This document shows, piece after piece, positions 60,515-64,000 of a DNA stretch of 64,000 nt. This DNA comes from a virus, in the IMG/VR virus record IMGVR_UViG_2765236003_000003, positions 753-64,752 of that record. The stretch is one strand, 5' to 3'. The notes beneath the pieces were generated by a model. It searched no databases. It was not told the DNA's origin and saw only the letters and a program-made list of their open reading frames with translations. The stretch's first letter is position 1. The number at the start of each line of letters is the position of its first letter. The position numbers and the translations under genes were made by a program.

Positions 60515-60956
60515 CCGTTCCTCCGCGTCGCGTCGCTGGTGGGGTTGACACAAAGACCAATCCCTCTTCCACAGCGCGGAACGTCAGCAACGGCGAATCT
60601 GTTACAGCTCCCTGCGGCAGTGGGTCACCACCTGGTCAAGATCAATCTTGCTCAATTGTGTGCACCCATATCTGTAGTGGTATCGGCAGGCTGGTGACCC
60701 CGAGCCTGGCCTTTGGGACGGCATCCGCGATGTGTACCGCTACGCCTGTCACGCGCTCGTACACATGCGGCAGCATCCCGGGCGAGGCTCTCTCCGCCAG
60801 CACCGCCTTGATGCCGCCACCTTGGCCGGGACCAAGGTGGCCCCAGAGGCTGTCAGGTTGCTTCTCGCGGACGTTCCCGCTGCATAGAGGCGTTCGCCAA
60901 CCTCTGTCAGTCCCGTCCGGCATCATGTTCTCGACGACGAGAAGCGAAGGACCACA

Positions 60957-62504
60957 GTGACCAAAGACGAAGCGGGCGCCATCGCGTTGCCGCTGTTCAC
61001 TGACTCGGCGGCGCCGCTGACGCTCGCCGAGCTGGAGCAGTACCTCGCGACAGCGGCGGATCTCCTGCGCGGCTCCATCGACCAGGCTGACTTCAAGGCG
61101 TACATCTTCCCGCTCATGTTCTTCAAGCGGATCAGTGACGTGTACATGGAGGAGTACAGGCAGGCTCTTGACGAGTCAGGTGGCGACCACGAATTCGCGT
61201 CCTTTGCTGAGAACCACCGGTTCGCCATCCCTCAGGGTTCTTTGTGGCAGGATGTCCGAAACCGCACGGAAAACGTTGGGCAAGCACTCGTAACTGCCTT
61301 CCGTGAGATTGAAAGCGCCAACAAGGACACCCTTTGGGGAATTTTTGGAAGCGCGGCCTGGACTAATAAGGACAAGCTGTCCGATGCGAAGCTCCTCGAT
61401 CTGATCGAGCATTTCTCGTCGAAGCCACTGACGAATGCGGCAGTATCACCGGATGTATTTGGTCAGGCGTATGAGTACCTCATTAAACGTTTCGCCGATC
61501 AGTCGAATAAAAAGGCTGGTGAATATTACACCCCGCGCTCCGTGGTTAGTCTTCTCGTCAATATCCTCGACCCCAAGGAAGGGGAAACGGTTTATGACCC
61601 CGCTTGCGGGACCGGTGGCATGTTGATCGAGGTTATCGAGCACGTGAAGGCTGGCGGCGGACGACCACAGATGTTGTGGGGGAAGCTGTACGGCCAGGAG
61701 AAGGTGCTTGCCACCTCCGGCATCGCACGTATGAACCTGTTGCTCCACGGTGTCGAGGACTTCTCCATTGTCCGGGGAGACACGCTGCGCGACCCGGCCT
61801 TCTTCGACGGTTCCCGCCTTGCTCGGTTCGACTGCGTCATCGCCAACCCGCCGTTCTCATTGAAGAACTGGGGCATAGAGGAGTGGGGCACTGACCCATG
61901 GGGTCGCAATACCCTAGGCGGTGTCCCCCCGAAGGGGTATGCCGATTGGGCTTGGATCCAGCACATGGTCACGTCAGCCGCGTCGAAGACTGGCCGGGTT
62001 GCGGTGGTCCTTCCGCAGGGCGCCTTGTTCCGGAAAGGAGCGGAGGGGCGTATCCGCGAGCATGTCTTGAAGGCTGACAAGATCGAAGCCGTCATCGGAC
62101 TCGCGCCCAACCTCTTCTACGGCACCGGCCTGGCCGCATGCGTCCTAATTCTGCGTCACGAAAAGTCGGCCGCTTCAAAGGGCAAGGTGCTCTTCGTGAA
62201 CGGCGAGACGCTCTTCAAGCGAGGCAGGAACCAGAACACCCTTGAAGCCGAGCATGCCGACGCGCTACTCAAGGCGTACCAGACGTTCGCCGACCAACCA
62301 GGCGTCGCGCACGTCGCGACCGCTGAGGAGATCGTCTCGAATGGCTTCAACCTCAACATCCCGCTGTACGTCGAGCCTGCGGAGACCGGCGAGCAGGTGA
62401 CCCTCGAGCAGGCTGTCGCAGACCTGCAGGCAGCTCAGACCGCAGCTGCCGAAACTCGGGCCACGCTCGAGACGGAAATGGCGAAGTGGGGGCTGGGCGC
62501 ATGA
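60957..62504 (+). CDS. hsdM: Type I R-M methyltransferase subunit M1 (NPPF)
   Basis: AADLLRG, GEYYTP, YDPACGTGGML, IANPPFS. Confidence 0.95.
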   Translation: MTKDEAGAIALPLFTDSAAPLTLAELEQYLATAADLLRGSIDQADFKAYIFPLMFFKRISDVYMEEYRQALDESGGDHEFASFAENHRFAIPQGSLWQDVRNRTENVGQALVTAFREIESANKDTLWGIFGSAAWTNKDKLSDAKLLDLIEHFSSKPLTNAAVSPDVFGQAYEYLIKRFADQSNKKAGEYYTPRSVVSLLVNILDPKEGETVYDPACGTGGMLIEVIEHVKAGGGRPQMLWGKLYGQEKVLATSGIARMNLLLHGVEDFSIVRGDTLRDPAFFDGSRLARFDCVIANPPFSLKNWGIEEWGTDPWGRNTLGGVPPKGYADWAWIQHMVTSAASKTGRVAVVLPQGALFRKGAEGRIREHVLKADKIEAVIGLAPNLFYGTGLAACVLILRHEKSAASKGKVLFVNGETLFKRGRNQNTLEAEHADALLKAYQTFADQPGVAHVATAEEIVSNGFNLNIPLYVEPAETGEQVTLEQAVADLQAAQTAAAETRATLETEMAKWGLGA

Positions 62505-64000
62505 ACACACCCGTCCGCATCACCCAGCGCGAACTTGAGTCCTACCTGTGGGGCGCCGCTGTCCTGCTTCGGGGGCTGATCGACGCCGGCGACTACAAGC
62601 AATACATCTTCCCGCTTGTCTTCCTGAAGCGGCTCTCAGACGTCTACGACGAGGAGCATGCCGCTGCGATGGAGGTCTACGGCGACGAGGAACTCGCTGA
62701 CCTCCCCGAGAACCACCGCTTCGCCATCCCTGATGGCGCTCACTGGGACGACATCCGCAAGATCACCACCAACACTGGCGCGGCCATCCTGAAGGCCATG
62801 CGGGCGATCGAGTCCGCCAACCCCGACACCCTCCCGGGCGTCTTCGGTGACGGCGACTGGGGAAACAAGAACCTGCTGCCCGACTCGACCCTCAACGACC
62901 TCATCGAGCACTTCTCGACCAAGACGCTCTCGGTCGCCAACCTCCCAGAGGACGAACTCGGTCAGGGCTACGAGTTCCTCATCAAAAAGTTCGCTGACGA
63001 CTCTGGCCACACGGCCCAGGAGTTCTACACGAACCGCACCCTCGTCCACCTCATGACGATGATGCTGAAGCCCGAGCCCGGCGAGTCCGTCTATGACCCC
63101 ACCTGCGGCACCGGGGGAATGCTCATCTCGACGGCAGCCGAACTGCGCCGCCAGGGCAAGGAGTGGCGCAACCTCCGGCTGTACGGTCAGGAACTCAACT
63201 ACGGGACCTCCGCGATCGCCAGGATGAACCTGTTCCTCCATGGCATTGCCGATGGGCACATCGCCCACGGCGACGTACTCGCCACGCCGGCGTTCCACGA
63301 CGGACGCGGCCGTCTGCGCACCTTCGACGTTGTCCTGGCCAACCCGCCGTACTCCATCAAGGCGTGGAACCGAGGCGCCTTCACGAAGGACCCCTACGGG
63401 CGTAACGCCTGGGGCGTCCCGCCGCAGGGCCGCGCCGACTACGCCTTCTTCCAACACATTGCCAAGAGCCTCGACCCGAAGACCGGGCGCGCTGCCATCC
63501 TCTTCCCACACGGTGTTCTCTTCAGGCTCGAAGAGACCGCACTGCGTGAGGCGCTGGTGAGGTCCGACCTGGTCGAGTGTGTACTCGGGCTCGGTGCGGG
63601 GCTGTTCTACAACTCGCCGATGGAAGCCGTTGTCATCACGCTTCGCTCCCAGAAGCCCGCCGAACGCCGGGGCAAGGTCCTCTTCATCAACGCAGTAAAC
63701 GATGTCGCGCGTGAACAGACCCAGTCCTTCCTCCGCGAGAGCCACCAGCAGAAGATTCTCGACGCCTACGAGGCGTTCACCGACGAGCCTGGCTTTGCGG
63801 CTGTCGCTTCTGTTGACCAGATCGCCAGTAAGGGGTACAGCCTCGCCATCCCGCTCTTCGTAAGCACCGCAGGAGGCGCGGACGACAGGGTGGAGATCGA
63901 CATCGAAGCAGCCGTAGCCCATTGGCGCAAGGCAACTGTCGCCGCCGACTCTGCGATCGAGGGCGTATTCGAAATGCTCCGTCAGGAGGCCGGCAAGTGA
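62501..64000 (+). CDS. hsdM: Type I R-M methyltransferase subunit M2 (NPPY)
   Basis: ATGA overlap with M1; LWGAAVLLRG, YDPTCGTGGML, LANPPYS. Confidence 0.95.
   Translation: MNTPVRITQRELESYLWGAAVLLRGLIDAGDYKQYIFPLVFLKRLSDVYDEEHAAAMEVYGDEELADLPENHRFAIPDGAHWDDIRKITTNTGAAILKAMRAIESANPDTLPGVFGDGDWGNKNLLPDSTLNDLIEHFSTKTLSVANLPEDELGQGYEFLIKKFADDSGHTAQEFYTNRTLVHLMTMMLKPEPGESVYDPTCGTGGMLISTAAELRRQGKEWRNLRLYGQELNYGTSAIARMNLFLHGIADGHIAHGDVLATPAFHDGRGRLRTFDVVLANPPYSIKAWNRGAFTKDPYGRNAWGVPPQGRADYAFFQHIAKSLDPKTGRAAILFPHGVLFRLEETALREALVRSDLVECVLGLGAGLFYNSPMEAVVITLRSQKPAERRGKVLFINAVNDVAREQTQSFLRESHQQKILDAYEAFTDEPGFAAVASVDQIASKGYSLAIPLFVSTAGGADDRVEIDIEAAVAHWRKATVAADSAIEGVFEMLRQEAGK

Noticed and set aside
60560-60950. 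ORFs 60642..60926 and 60658..60960; possible att site
   Set aside because: No recognisable motif or RBS, and no second att copy in the window; possibly a gene remnant

Overview
High-GC actinobacterial DNA (Streptomyces-like codon usage) carrying most of a large siphophage-type prophage or phage-plasmid. The minus strand holds portal-MuF, a ~5,415-aa DarB-like methyltransferase/SF2-helicase polyvalent protein, a multidomain prohead protease, HK97-type capsid, head-tail and tail genes (with a -1 frameshift chaperone), holin, a ParB-like/TerS-like pair, endolysin and ssb. A plus-strand replication/recombination block (5.7-12.4 kb) interrupts these genes, several morons are interspersed, and two tandem type I HsdM genes end the window. 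No terminase large subunit, integrase or repressor is visible. Main observations read from the sequence: (1) 16 copies of a rigidly spaced minus-strand promoter (CGCGAC-N19-CANNNT, often containing GACAC) ahead of morphogenesis units; (2) a ~200-nt highly paired RNA, a tandem-domain protein and a GGCGCGCC array in a row at 12.4-14.1 kb; (3) a tRNA-like cloverleaf in the leader at 3.6-3.8 kb; (4) a TnpV-like gene nested out of frame in the giant ORF; (5) a prohead protease fused to a 2H phosphoesterase, with E-x-K-[S/A/T] motifs shared across head proteins and the giant protein, suggesting virion-loaded anti-defence cargo. Family assignments come from motif recognition by eye; no searches were run.
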